Below, piece after piece: positions 47,379-57,314 of a stretch of DNA of 63,943 nt (the first letter of the stretch is position 1; every line of letters starts with the position of its first letter). The notes under the pieces are model-generated. The model worked only from the letters and a program-made list of their open reading frames with translations, searched no databases and was not told where the DNA came from. The stretch is from Bacteroidales bacterium (GTDB lineage: Bacteria > Bacteroidota > Bacteroidia > Bacteroidales > CAIWKO01), in the NCBI GenBank assembly GCA_018004645.1, contig JAGNBV010000003.1, positions 1-63,943 on the forward strand, in the 5' to 3' direction. The position numbers were made by a program, and so were the translations under genes.

Positions 47379-47975
47379 ATGATTGAAAAGCTAATCGGTT
47401 TTGATGTTAGTTTGTTTTTGTTTTTAAACGACCAGCGCAATCCATTTTTTGATTTTGTTTTTTGGTGGGCCTCGGCTCCTTTGGCATGGGTGCCGGTTTA
47501 TGTCATATTGCTGTATCTCGTGATTAAGATATACCGGTGGCAATCAATTTTTGTAGTGATTTTTACCATTATTCTGATAAGCCTTACCGACCAGATTTCG
47601 GTTCATTTTTTTAAGGATATGTTTATGAGGCTTCGTCCTTGTCATAATCCAGAGATACAGGCACAGGTAGATACGCTTAACGGCTATTGCGGAGGCCAGT
47701 ATGGTTTTGTGTCTTCCCATGCCGCCAATTACTTTGGCATAGCTACGTTTTTATCCGTTTTGTTTTTCAGGAAGATTAGGTTTTTTATTCCTTTAATAAT
47801 GTTTTGGGCCGCACTTATTGCATATAGCCGTATTTATCTTGGCGTGCATTATCCTGCTGATATATGCTGCGGTGCCATCCTGGGTATAATCCTGGGATTG
47901 ATCGTTGGGTGGGCTTTTAAGCTATTGTCAAATAAATTGTGGAGCAGACACCCCTTCTTCCGCATGGGAGGTTAA
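47379..47975 (+). CDS. PAP2-family (type 2 phosphatidic acid/undecaprenyl-diphosphate) phosphatase
   Basis: KDMFMRLRP, SSHAAN and SRIYLGVHYPAD fit the tripartite PAP2 signature. Multi-TM protein. Confidence 0.75.
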   Translation: MIEKLIGFDVSLFLFLNDQRNPFFDFVFWWASAPLAWVPVYVILLYLVIKIYRWQSIFVVIFTIILISLTDQISVHFFKDMFMRLRPCHNPEIQAQVDTLNGYCGGQYGFVSSHAANYFGIATFLSVLFFRKIRFFIPLIMFWAALIAYSRIYLGVHYPADICCGAILGIILGLIVGWAFKLLSNKLWSRHPFFRMGG

Positions 47976-48055
47976 GCATTATTCCCACGTCTTTTTGCTG
48001 GTGCAAAACAAAACTTTATTAGAGAAACAGGCGCTTAAGCCGATTATGGCGGATA

Positions 48056-48520
48056 TCAATAGCCGTATTCTTTCCCAAAAATCTTATCAACCACCACTTT
48101 ATACACTGCTACTTCTTTGATGGATGGCATGCCGTATTTAAAATCCCTGCCGGTATATTTTTGCATAATGATGTTCAAAGCCTTCATCTTTTCTTCAGCG
48201 TCTTCAATAAATTCTACGTGCCCGAAAGCCTGAACACTGCGATAGCGTAAAAGATAGCTGCAAGCCACATCGGGATGTTGCCAGCCTAACTGGTGGTCGG
48301 TGCTGAACGAAACACACACCTTGTTGTTCTTTCGCAGGATGTCAATTTTTTTTCCGTTTTGGCCGGAATGCAGATAGATGCACTTATCTTTAAATCCGAA
48401 ATTAAAGGGCACCACATAAGGCTGGTTATTTTCATCGGCCATCCCCACAAAACAGGCATCGCATTTTTCCAGAATTTTTTCTATCTTATCGAGGTCTTCG
48501 TAAAGAACTTTTGTTCGCAT
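48056..48520 (-). CDS. Pyridoxamine 5'-phosphate oxidase-family (FMN-binding split barrel) protein
   Basis: 154 aa. The pattern CFVGMADENNQPYVVPFNFGF...IYLHSG..G.K fits the Pyridox_ox_2-type family. Confidence 0.6.
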   Translation of the reverse strand: MRTKVLYEDLDKIEKILEKCDACFVGMADENNQPYVVPFNFGFKDKCIYLHSGQNGKKIDILRKNNKVCVSFSTDHQLGWQHPDVACSYLLRYRSVQAFGHVEFIEDAEEKMKALNIIMQKYTGRDFKYGMPSIKEVAVYKVVVDKIFGKEYGY

Positions 48521-48581
48521 AAAAAATCATTCAAATTAATATTTCTGTGGCGGATCTTATCTTGCCACGTGTAGTATTCCT

Positions 48582-50996
48582 TTACCGCATCAAGGTTACC
48601 GTGCCGTTATACCTTATTTCTTTGCCGTCAAATTTTCCCACAGCAGTATAGATATAAAAATATACGCCATCGGCATTTTTGGTTCCGTCCCATTCGCCGC
48701 CTATTTCATTCCATGAAAATATTTTTTTGCCCCAGCGGTTATATATCACCATTTCTTCACTCAACAGACTTTCGGCCCTAACGTCGGCTTTAAAAGTTTC
48801 ATTAATTCCATCGCCGTTGGGAGTGAAAATGTTGGGAATTTTTATTTCGGGAGGCAGAAACACCCATACTGTCATCTGCATAGAATCTTTGCAGTCGTCA
48901 GGGTTGCCGGTGCTTACCACAAGCCATACCGTATATTCTCCTTCCGCAGTGTATTGATGGGTGGGGTTGGCAAGAGTGGAGGTGCTGTTGTCGCCGAAAT
49001 TCCATAAATATTCAAAAGCTCCGTTCCCGGTAAAAGTAAAATTGAAGGTGTTGTCAATTAAAATTGAATCGTTCGGGCTAACCTCAAAAGCTGCATGAAT
49101 AGGCGATTCCGTAATAATGGGAATGTTGGCTGTCCATGTGCAGTTGTTCGAATCGCTTACAGTAACGGAATAATTGCCGGCCGGAAGGTTGGTGAGGTCC
49201 GCAGTGGTTTGCGATGAACCGGTCCAAACATACTGATAGGGTGGGATGCCGCCGCTGACGGCAAGGCTTATGGTTCCGTCGTTATTGTAAAGGCAGCTTT
49301 CATTTTCAAAAGTTACTACCACTGACAGGGAGTCGGGTTCGTTTATCATGATGGTATCGTAGGTAATGCAGCCCACATTATCGGTCACCGTTACAAAGTA
49401 AGCCCCGGGAGACAGGTTGCTGGCTGTTTGTGTGTTCTGTGGAGGGATGCTGCTCCATAAATAGGAGTAGGGTGCCGACCCGTCAACAGGATTGACCGTT
49501 GCGGTGCCATTGGCCTCGCCGTAACATATCACATCGCTGTATTCAGGAGGATCAGTGCCAATGTCGCTGACCATGGCATTGTTTAGCGTAAGCGTTGACG
49601 CACAGTTGTTTTCGGTAACGGTAAGGGTGATATTATAATTTCCTGGCGAAGACCAACTTACTTGATGTGGGCCTTGTCCTGCGCCCGGTGTGGCGTTACC
49701 GCTGGAAAAATTCCAGGCATAGTTTGCATTGGGTGAGGCTGTGCCTGTATAGGTAACCGTAGCGGTATTGTCGTTGCAGTTTGGCGATGAAACAGTAAAG
49801 TCTGACGTCGGGTAAGGGTTTACAGTGATGGTTACTTCATCGGAGGTAGGGCAGTTGTTGTTGGTACTGGTGCCGTTTACCGTATAGGTGGTGGTAACTG
49901 TTGGTGTAGCAACAGGGTTGGCGATGGTGGTGTCGCTGAGTCCGGTGGAAGGTGTCCAGGCATAGGTTGCGCCTCCGGTTCCCTGCAGGGTGATGCTTTG
50001 TCCGATGCAAATGGAGGTATCCGGCCCGGCATTGATGGCTGAAGAAACACCGGCACCTGCAGAAATAATATAATCGCACACGCAGCCGGCATTGCCGTCG
50101 ATCATAAGGTAGTAGGTCTGGCCAACGACAAGGCCTGTGGAAGTAACCGTGCCGCTGACCACGGAAGCCGGATTCCAGCAATTGGAAACAGCCGTAAAAT
50201 TGTAGCAGTCAGTCGTAGTATATACCTGCATTTGTATTCCGGCAGTAGTGGAGCAATTCGACACAAAGACATTTAATACCGAAGTGGTGGAATCAGCCAC
50301 AAAAGACAGCCAGGAATTGTTTTCGATAGATCCGCAGAAAACATTGCCAAGAGGTGTATTGTCTTCATCAGTGGGGTTGGTTGGGCTGACTACCGGAGTG
50401 TATGAGGCGCTGGTGTTGCCGCAATAGCCGTTGAGGTTGCAGATAGGCGTAGCCGTAGAACAATAGTCCCCGGCAATGGGGTTGGCGGCGCAGGCCGGCG
50501 GTCCGGTTACAGTGTACACACATAGTCCGAAAGTGCCATAGGTGCCCCCGCCATATTCCCAGAACCTGATAAAGATCGTTTCACCCGGCGTGAGTCCCCA
50601 TTTGTAAATCATAGGCATAGAGCCATTCGGACTGTCATTGTCATCACATTCGATCAGGTTTAATGCCCCGCAGGAGCCATTGTATATAGCCATCCCGCCA
50701 TTGGTGATATTGCCTGTTTGTGTATCGAAACACAGGGCTCCCGTAGAAGGAACTATCACCTTGAACCAGACATCGGCGGCCGCTGTGGTGTAACTGGCAC
50801 AGCCCGGCAAGGGAGTGGTGGACGAATAGGTGGCTCCGGTATTGGTGTAAGTGGTGTAAGAACACGAGGTCCCGGCCGTAATGCCTATAGCACCGCTGCA
50901 TTCGTCATTGGCAGGCTGTGCAATAGCCATGCCGGTAAAGAAAATCAAAGAGACAAACAGAAAAATTATCCGAAACTTTTTGGCAGCCTTGTTCAT
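48582..50996 (-). CDS. Large secreted protein with PKD/SprB-like repeats and a T9SS type B (gliding-motility-associated, CHU_C) C-terminal domain
   Basis: Signal peptide. AQPANDECSGAI N-terminal module. SprB-like repeats (VICYGEANGTATV; ESCLYNNDGTISL). PKD-like F.F.G.G...YLWNFGD. C-terminal IPNIFTPNGDGINETF...NRWG..IF. Confidence 0.75.
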   Translation of the reverse strand: MNKAAKKFRIIFLFVSLIFFTGMAIAQPANDECSGAIGITAGTSCSYTTYTNTGATYSSTTPLPGCASYTTAAADVWFKVIVPSTGALCFDTQTGNITNGGMAIYNGSCGALNLIECDDNDSPNGSMPMIYKWGLTPGETIFIRFWEYGGGTYGTFGLCVYTVTGPPACAANPIAGDYCSTATPICNLNGYCGNTSASYTPVVSPTNPTDEDNTPLGNVFCGSIENNSWLSFVADSTTSVLNVFVSNCSTTAGIQMQVYTTTDCYNFTAVSNCWNPASVVSGTVTSTGLVVGQTYYLMIDGNAGCVCDYIISAGAGVSSAINAGPDTSICIGQSITLQGTGGATYAWTPSTGLSDTTIANPVATPTVTTTYTVNGTSTNNNCPTSDEVTITVNPYPTSDFTVSSPNCNDNTATVTYTGTASPNANYAWNFSSGNATPGAGQGPHQVSWSSPGNYNITLTVTENNCASTLTLNNAMVSDIGTDPPEYSDVICYGEANGTATVNPVDGSAPYSYLWSSIPPQNTQTASNLSPGAYFVTVTDNVGCITYDTIMINEPDSLSVVVTFENESCLYNNDGTISLAVSGGIPPYQYVWTGSSQTTADLTNLPAGNYSVTVSDSNNCTWTANIPIITESPIHAAFEVSPNDSILIDNTFNFTFTGNGAFEYLWNFGDNSTSTLANPTHQYTAEGEYTVWLVVSTGNPDDCKDSMQMTVWVFLPPEIKIPNIFTPNGDGINETFKADVRAESLLSEEMVIYNRWGKKIFSWNEIGGEWDGTKNADGVYFYIYTAVGKFDGKEIRYNGTVTLMR

Positions 50997-51031
50997 GTGG
51001 TTTTTACTTTTAGTATTAAACTTTTATTGTA

Positions 51032-51397
51032 TTATTTATCTTCCGCGGGGTCTAAGGTTTCCACAAATAACTCGTGTCCAAGTTGTGTCCAGGCCGTTCG
51101 GATATGTTCATTAATTTTGTCAATATCTTTGATGTCCTTTAGTTCCACCTTGCAGATTCCGGTGGCAATGTTGGTCTGTGACGATATAACCAAACCTGTT
51201 TTCATCAATATTCCATCAATCAGCAAGGCATCTTCCTGAGTGCTAAGACCGGTGATTTTATAATACACCGTAACGGGTTCTTGTAGGTTGGATGCAAAAA
51301 GCTGATCTTCATAAAAAGTATTCCCGGCCTTAGCGAAACCAGGGCTGACAAATAATGAGAGGAAAATAATAAGTATTCCTGAAAATAAATGTTTCAT
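51032..51397 (-). CDS. Small secreted hypothetical protein (121 aa)
   Basis: Signal peptide MKHLFSGILIIFLSLFVSPGFA. A beta-alpha-beta-like pattern without metal-binding Cys motifs. Lies between the two type B cargo genes. Confidence 0.4.
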   Translation of the reverse strand: MKHLFSGILIIFLSLFVSPGFAKAGNTFYEDQLFASNLQEPVTVYYKITGLSTQEDALLIDGILMKTGLVISSQTNIATGICKVELKDIKDIDKINEHIRTAWTQLGHELFVETLDPAEDK

Positions 51398-51589
51398 AAT
51401 AAAACTGCTTGGTTCTTAAAAGTTATATAGTTTAGACAATAAAACCATTGAGGAAGTTGCTTTAGGCAAAAATAATTGTATATTATTTTTGTACAAAAGT
51501 ACCAATTTTTCCTGTTATACAGGGCACAAAATCCCAAAGCTTTTGTTAAAAAAATATTAAAAATTGAGTTGACAGAATCGTTGGCGTAA

Positions 51590-54500
51590 CTACCTGACCA
51601 GGGTTACTATGCCTTTAAGTTTAAATTCCTTACCTGCCAGATTTTGATAATTGATCAGGTACAAATATACTCCGAGTTCGCAGTTTTTTCCTTTGTTTTT
51701 GCCATCCCAGCCTTGCTCGTAATCTGTGGTATAAAACTGTTCCCTACCCCAGCGGTCAAAGATATACAAACTGTAATTATCTTTATCTATGCCCGTAATT
51801 ACAGGCTTCCAGATATCATTCCAGATGTCATTGTCAGGGGTAAAAGCATTAGGGACATATATGACAACCTGAGGCTTTATCGTCAGCGGTTTTTCCGTGG
51901 TATCCGAACAGTTATGGCTGCTGGTTACAATAAGTTGCACCATGTAATCTCCTGAATCGCTGAAGATGTGATAAGGGTTTTGCAGATCTGAGGTGTTTTC
52001 GCTATACGAAGCAGGATCGCCAAAATTCCATGACCAGAAATTGGCACCCATCGACAGGTCAACAAAATTTACCAAAGGATCATCGGTCCAGGCAGTAAGC
52101 GGTGTGTAATAAAAATCAGCATGCGGCGAAATGTATACATCCACCGGGATATAATCTTCAACATGACAGCCGTTGATGTCTTCTGCAGTGAAAAGTACCA
52201 CATAGTTTCCTTCATGCTGATAAAAATGGCTTGGAAATTTTTCTGATGAAGTATTGTCGTTACTGTAAAAATCACCGAAATCCCAGTGGCAGGTCGAATC
52301 GTTTATGATGTTCTCAGGAGAATAACTCAAGGCGACGTTCACAGGGTTGCATCCCCATGGCGGTATAGCCACTATATCCACAAGCGAGGTGTTGTAAAGA
52401 TTTATCGTAGAGGTGGTGGAGCCGCTGCAGCCGTTGTCGTTGGTGCCTGTTACCGTATAAATGATGCTTGTCGGCGGGTCGGCAACCACCACAGGCCCTG
52501 AAGTTACATTGATGCCGAGCGGCGGTGCCCAGGAATAAAAATAATTTGCACCGCTGGCTGTGATGGTGATGTTATCTTCAGGACAAATGGTCATGAATGA
52601 AGGATCCACACTGATGAATATACCCGGGTCGATAGTGATAGTCTGGGTGATAGAGTCGGTGCAGGTAGTGCCGGGATCAGTATAAATATATTTTATGACA
52701 TGCGTGCCGACGCCTGCAATAGCGGGATCCAGGCTGTCGTTGGTAACTCCCGGCCCATAATAGGTTCCCCCGGCTGGTGTTGCCTGGGTTAATGGCAGGA
52801 TTGGCGAACTGGGACAAATCAGGGGCAAGGGGTCAAATTGTAGTACCGGCAAGGCATTCACCGTGATCTGGTAAGTTGACGGAATCCCTGTGCAGTTGTT
52901 GGCTGACGGAGTAACCGTGATAGTGGATGTCAGTGGTGTGGTGCCTGTATTGGTGGAAGTGAAGGCAGGAATGTCGCCCATGCCGCTACCGGCCAGTCCT
53001 ATGGCAGTATTGGAATTGGTCCACGAATAAGTTGCTCCGGCAGTGGTACTGGTAAAAGCTGTGGCAGGAATCGTATTCATAGGACATACCGTGATATCGG
53101 CAGGAACAACAACAATAGGTGAAGGGTTTACCGTTATGATATAGGTAGAAGCAGTGCCCGTGCAGGTGTTGGCGGTAGGTGTTACGGTGATGGTAGCTGT
53201 TATCGGGCCGCTTCCGGTGTCCGTGGCGGTAAAGGCAGCTATGTCGCCAACACCACTGGCAGCCAGGCCAATAGCAGGGTTGGAATTAGTCCAGGCATAT
53301 GTAGCGCCTGCCGTTGGACTGGTGAATGAAGTGGCCGGAACCACAAACCCGTTGCATATCACCACATCAGCGGGTACAACAACCGTAGGTGTCGGATTCA
53401 CGGTGATGGTAAACGACGATGCAGTGCCTGGGCAGTTGTTGGCAGTTGGTGTAACGGTTATGGTTGCCGTAATGGGACTGGTACCGGTATTCGTGGCCGT
53501 GAAAGAAGCAATATCACCCGCACCGGAGACGGCCAGGCCAATAGCAGGGTTTGAATTGGTCCAGGCATAGGTAGCGCCGGGTGTCGGGCTGGTGAATGTG
53601 ATAGCAGGGACAGCGGCGTTGTTGCATAAGGTAATATTGGAAGGAACATTTACTGTAGGTATCGGATTGATTGCGATGGTGTAAGGTGTAGGAGCGCTGA
53701 CACAGTTGGCAACGGTGGCGGTAACAGTGATCGTTGAATACGTTGTGAAAACCCCGTTATTTATGGCAGTAAACGAAGGGACATCGCCTGTTCCGCTGCC
53801 TGTCAGGCCTATAGATGTATTGGAGTTCGTCCACGAAAAAGTGCCTCCTGCAGGGGTGCTCACAAAGTTGGTGGCAGGGATGATGGCGCCGTTGCAAACC
53901 ACTATATTGGCAGGTACAGTCACTGTTGGAACAGGGCTGGTGGTAACAGTGTATGATCCGGTAGCCTGGCAGTTATTGGCATCGGTAACCGTTACGCTGT
54001 AGCTGCCTGATGCCAGGCCTGTCAGGTTTTGGGTGGTTTGTCCGCTGCTCCAGTTAAAAGTTACCGGGTTAGAGGCGTTACTTACTGTTAAAGTGATGGA
54101 TCCATCGTTCTGGCCGGCGCAGGTCTCGTTTTGCACATTAGAAGTAAGGGAAATGGCATTATAGGAGGTGGACGAAATAACTACCCATTCAGTTACTGTT
54201 GACGATGTGCAACATTCCCAGGGAGTGCAGGAACACGAGCCGTATTCGTCGCAATAGTGTACACAACAGGGGTCGGAAATATAACTTGTGGGGCATGACG
54301 AAGCACCGGGAACATTATTGCAACACCAGGCATAGCTGCTGCCCGAACAGGTAGTATAGATAGGACCTGTGCCCTGATATAGTCTCTCTTCCCATTGACA
54401 GCAATCCCCGAAGAAACTTTGTGTCTGAGCAGTGGCTATATAGCCAGAAGGCGGTGTGCCTATGGAAGGACAGGCCACTTTTACGCCCTTATGCAAGGCT

Positions 54501-55051
54501 TTAATATCTTCAGGGGTATTGTCGATAATTATGGGGTTGCTGTTGGTTGTAATAACTTTTTGTCCATCGTCGTCAGAATGTATTACTTGAGAAATGTACG
54601 TGGCTCCCGTAAACGTAACCATCCTGATCCGGTACCATCTGGAATGAATGGCCACCGGATCCATTATCACATCATTGTAAATAAATCTGATGTTGCCGTG
54701 CTCCGATGACATTAAAACCTGTTTGTTATAGTCTATTTCCTTTGGATAATTGTATAAATGAATATCTATCAGATTGGTAATGGTAGCGCCAGAAATCACA
54801 GAAAAATTATTGCCATCATAGCTCGATTCTACAAACACCTGGGCGATGTTGTTTGCATCATGGTTTTCCCAAACCATGTGCACGATGCTGTCACGCCAGA
54901 TGCCGCAGTTGAAAAAAACATTTACCTGTACGGATGACCCTCCCGAAAACGTTTCAGGCTCCTGCACCGCAGCAATGTGTTGGCCGGGGCAGGTGAAAAC
55001 AATAAGCAGGAGTAATAGCGAGAGCAGGAGTAATTTTTTATAATGTAACAT
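51590..55051 (-). CDS. Large secreted protein with a Cys-rich region, a SprB-like repeat, four 90-aa Ig/PKD-like tandem repeats, PKD domains and a T9SS type B C-terminal domain
   Basis: Signal peptide. NETCAGQNDGSITL (SprB-like). Repeated ...VPA.IVVCNG..VPAT.F.S...GATY.WTNSN.AIGL..SG.GDI..FTA.N.G. PKD-like WDFGD / WNFGD. C-terminal VPNAFTPDNDIWNDIW...DRWG. Coordinates are taken from the ORF track. Confidence 0.75.
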   Translation of the reverse strand: MLHYKKLLLLSLLLLLIVFTCPGQHIAAVQEPETFSGGSSVQVNVFFNCGIWRDSIVHMVWENHDANNIAQVFVESSYDGNNFSVISGATITNLIDIHLYNYPKEIDYNKQVLMSSEHGNIRFIYNDVIMDPVAIHSRWYRIRMVTFTGATYISQVIHSDDDGQKVITTNSNPIIIDNTPEDIKALHKGVKVACPSIGTPPSGYIATAQTQSFFGDCCQWEERLYQGTGPIYTTCSGSSYAWCCNNVPGASSCPTSYISDPCCVHYCDEYGSCSCTPWECCTSSTVTEWVVISSTSYNAISLTSNVQNETCAGQNDGSITLTVSNASNPVTFNWSSGQTTQNLTGLASGSYSVTVTDANNCQATGSYTVTTSPVPTVTVPANIVVCNGAIIPATNFVSTPAGGTFSWTNSNTSIGLTGSGTGDVPSFTAINNGVFTTYSTITVTATVANCVSAPTPYTIAINPIPTVNVPSNITLCNNAAVPAITFTSPTPGATYAWTNSNPAIGLAVSGAGDIASFTATNTGTSPITATITVTPTANNCPGTASSFTITVNPTPTVVVPADVVICNGFVVPATSFTSPTAGATYAWTNSNPAIGLAASGVGDIAAFTATDTGSGPITATITVTPTANTCTGTASTYIITVNPSPIVVVPADITVCPMNTIPATAFTSTTAGATYSWTNSNTAIGLAGSGMGDIPAFTSTNTGTTPLTSTITVTPSANNCTGIPSTYQITVNALPVLQFDPLPLICPSSPILPLTQATPAGGTYYGPGVTNDSLDPAIAGVGTHVIKYIYTDPGTTCTDSITQTITIDPGIFISVDPSFMTICPEDNITITASGANYFYSWAPPLGINVTSGPVVVADPPTSIIYTVTGTNDNGCSGSTTSTINLYNTSLVDIVAIPPWGCNPVNVALSYSPENIINDSTCHWDFGDFYSNDNTSSEKFPSHFYQHEGNYVVLFTAEDINGCHVEDYIPVDVYISPHADFYYTPLTAWTDDPLVNFVDLSMGANFWSWNFGDPASYSENTSDLQNPYHIFSDSGDYMVQLIVTSSHNCSDTTEKPLTIKPQVVIYVPNAFTPDNDIWNDIWKPVITGIDKDNYSLYIFDRWGREQFYTTDYEQGWDGKNKGKNCELGVYLYLINYQNLAGKEFKLKGIVTLVR
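52865..53945 (-). repeat. Intragenic tandem repeat, four units of ~270 nt (90 aa), inside 51590..55051
   Basis: Successive units start at the peptides SPVPTVTVPANIVVCNG, NPIPTVNVPSNITLCNN, NPTPTVVVPADVVICNG and NPSPIVVVPADITVCPM. A fifth, degenerate unit follows. DNA-level similarity is visible (CCAGGCCAATAGCAGGGTT.GAATT.GTCCAGGCATA). Confidence 0.8.
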
Positions 55052-55203
55052 AATTTCTTATGATTTTATCATACCATATTATATAACGGCAAAAAAATAT
55101 TTATACTTGTTAGTAGCACATATTTTTATTCGAATGTTTTTTTTATAGAAGTAATTTGTAAAAATAATAAATAAATTTGTTCGTTTTTTATCTTTTCATA
55201 AAA

Positions 55204-55860
55204 ATGATTAACACAATTATTACTTTTTTAGAAAATTTGTCGGCAAATAATAATCGTGAGTGGTTTGAAAAACATAAATCATCTTATGAAATTGCCCGTA
55301 ACAATTTTTATTCTATAATAACTGCCTTGCACAAGGAAATCTCAGTGTTTGATGAAGGTGTGAGGATGCTGAACCCCAAAGACTGTATCTTCAGAATATA
55401 CCGCGATATGAGGTTTTCAAAGGACAAAACTCCTTATAAGACCAATTTTGGCGCTTACATGAATCTGTTTGGAAAAAAGGTCAATAATGCCGGATATTAT
55501 TTTCATCTGGAGCCTGGCAATTGTTTCCTTTGCGGAGGCATTTACATGCCGCAGGCACCCGTTCTGAAATTGGTGCGCAGCGAAATTTACTATAATTTCG
55601 ACGAATTCAAAAAAATCATCTCTGAAAAGAAATTCAGGGAGTTCTTTGGTGATGTATCAGGCGATAGGTTGCAAAAGATACCGGCGGGTTATCCACGCGA
55701 CTTTGCGGGAGCCAATTATCTCCTGTTGAAAGATTTTTTAGCCCTGCACCAATACAACCCGCTGCAACTTGGCGAAAAGGAACTGGTGCCTTATGTTATC
55801 AACGTTTTTAAGGCTATGAAACCTTTGAACGATTTTCTGAACAAGGCATTGGAAAATTGA
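55204..55860 (+). CDS. DUF2461 (TIGR02453) family protein
   Basis: L..L..NN.REWFE.HK..Y N-terminus and IYRD.RFSKDKTPYKT core. ATG at 55204 preferred over the TTG at 55177. Confidence 0.65.
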   Translation: MINTIITFLENLSANNNREWFEKHKSSYEIARNNFYSIITALHKEISVFDEGVRMLNPKDCIFRIYRDMRFSKDKTPYKTNFGAYMNLFGKKVNNAGYYFHLEPGNCFLCGGIYMPQAPVLKLVRSEIYYNFDEFKKIISEKKFREFFGDVSGDRLQKIPAGYPRDFAGANYLLLKDFLALHQYNPLQLGEKELVPYVINVFKAMKPLNDFLNKALEN

Positions 55861-55896
55861 AAAATTATTAGCGGGAAAATATTAAAATAATTAATT

Positions 55897-56676
55897 ATGC
55901 ACCAGGGAATATGTGTGTTAAGTGTAGTGCCAGTGCGAGCCGAACCTTCCGATACTTCCGAAATAGTTTCGCAGCTATTGTTTGGAGAATTATTCCGGCT
56001 CACCGAAACCCGCCGTTCGTGGGTTAAAATCTGCATGACTTATGATAATTATGAAGGCTGGATTGACAAAAAACAATGCTGCCTGCTTACGGATGAAGAG
56101 TTTCAAAGACTCCATAACGATGTCAAAGCGGTGGCTACTGATACTATTTCCATTATTCGTGATGTGACTCTTGGATTGGATTATCCCATAGTGTCAGGTA
56201 GCAGTTTGCCCGGCTTAGATGAAAAAAAGCTTTATATCGCTGGACATGAATATTTTTTTGATGCCGTGTATAGGGATGTTTCGGTAAAGGCGGATAGGGG
56301 ATTTGCCAGTGATCTTGCTTTCACCTATCTTAATGCTCCTTATCTATGGGGTGGCAGATCTCCTCTGGGCATCGACTGTTCGGGCTTTACACAGGTAGTG
56401 ATGAAAATGTGCGGGATTGCATTGCCTCGCGATGCTGCGCAACAGGCCATGGAAGGAGTTCCTGTGGATTTTGTTGAACAGGCGCTGCCCGGCGACCTCG
56501 CTTTCTTTGAAAACGCCGAAAACAGGATTATTCACACAGGAATTATACTTTCAGGCCAGAGAATTATTCATGCTTCGGGCAAGGTGCGCCTTGATGATAT
56601 CGACCATGAGGGAATCTTTAACAGGGACCTTGGGGCCTATTCCCATAAACTACGATGTATAAGGCGTGTTTTTTAA
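55897..56676 (+). CDS. NlpC/P60 (C40) cell-wall peptidase with an N-terminal SH3-like domain
   Basis: YLWGGRSPLGIDCSGFTQ (catalytic Cys) and HTGI...IIHAS (His). N-terminal SH3b-like VVPVRAEPS...GE.F. Confidence 0.8.
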   Translation: MHQGICVLSVVPVRAEPSDTSEIVSQLLFGELFRLTETRRSWVKICMTYDNYEGWIDKKQCCLLTDEEFQRLHNDVKAVATDTISIIRDVTLGLDYPIVSGSSLPGLDEKKLYIAGHEYFFDAVYRDVSVKADRGFASDLAFTYLNAPYLWGGRSPLGIDCSGFTQVVMKMCGIALPRDAAQQAMEGVPVDFVEQALPGDLAFFENAENRIIHTGIILSGQRIIHASGKVRLDDIDHEGIFNRDLGAYSHKLRCIRRVF

Positions 56677-56726
56677 TTCCGTATGACTGGCATAAAAATT
56701 GTCAGTAAATACTGTATATTGCAGCC

Positions 56727-57314
56727 ATGAAAAAACTAGTAATTCTGATATTGTTTGTTCTTGCTTTTACTGCTCAGGACATTTATTCGCAGGACACCAA
56801 CAGTGTGGTAACCCGTGCCATAGTCATCAACGGCGATACGCTGCCGGTGCTCGCCCTCGAAGAAGTGAAAATCTTTGGCCCGGTAGTCTTTGCCAGCAAA
56901 TACGAAGCCCTGCGTTTTTCCAAATTGGTGTACCACGTCAAGAAGGTTTATCCTTATGCTAAAATTGTTACGGTCAAGGTGCAGGAGTTCAATTACCTTA
57001 TCAGCAAAGCAGACAGCAAAAGAGAGAAAAAACGCCTGATGAAGCAGGCCGAGGATGAGCTGAAGGCCCAGTTTGAAGATGATGTAAAAAATATGACGTC
57101 CACACAGGGCGAGATACTCATCAAACTTATCGACCGTGAAACAGGCTCTTCTTCGTTTGATATCATTAAGGAATTCCGGGGTGGTATCGTGGCTACCTTT
57201 TATCAGACCTTTGGACGTTTTTTTGGCTACAACCTCAAATCCACCTACGATCCTTTCGGTGCTGATAAAGATATTGAGCAAATTATGGTAATGATCGAAA
57301 ACGGGGAGTTGTAA
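56727..57314 (+). CDS. DUF4294 family protein
   Basis: Signal peptide. LPVLALEEVKIFGP...KYEALRFSKLVYHVKKVYPYAK matches my recollection of the DUF4294 pattern. Confidence 0.5.
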   Translation: MKKLVILILFVLAFTAQDIYSQDTNSVVTRAIVINGDTLPVLALEEVKIFGPVVFASKYEALRFSKLVYHVKKVYPYAKIVTVKVQEFNYLISKADSKREKKRLMKQAEDELKAQFEDDVKNMTSTQGEILIKLIDRETGSSSFDIIKEFRGGIVATFYQTFGRFFGYNLKSTYDPFGADKDIEQIMVMIENGEL

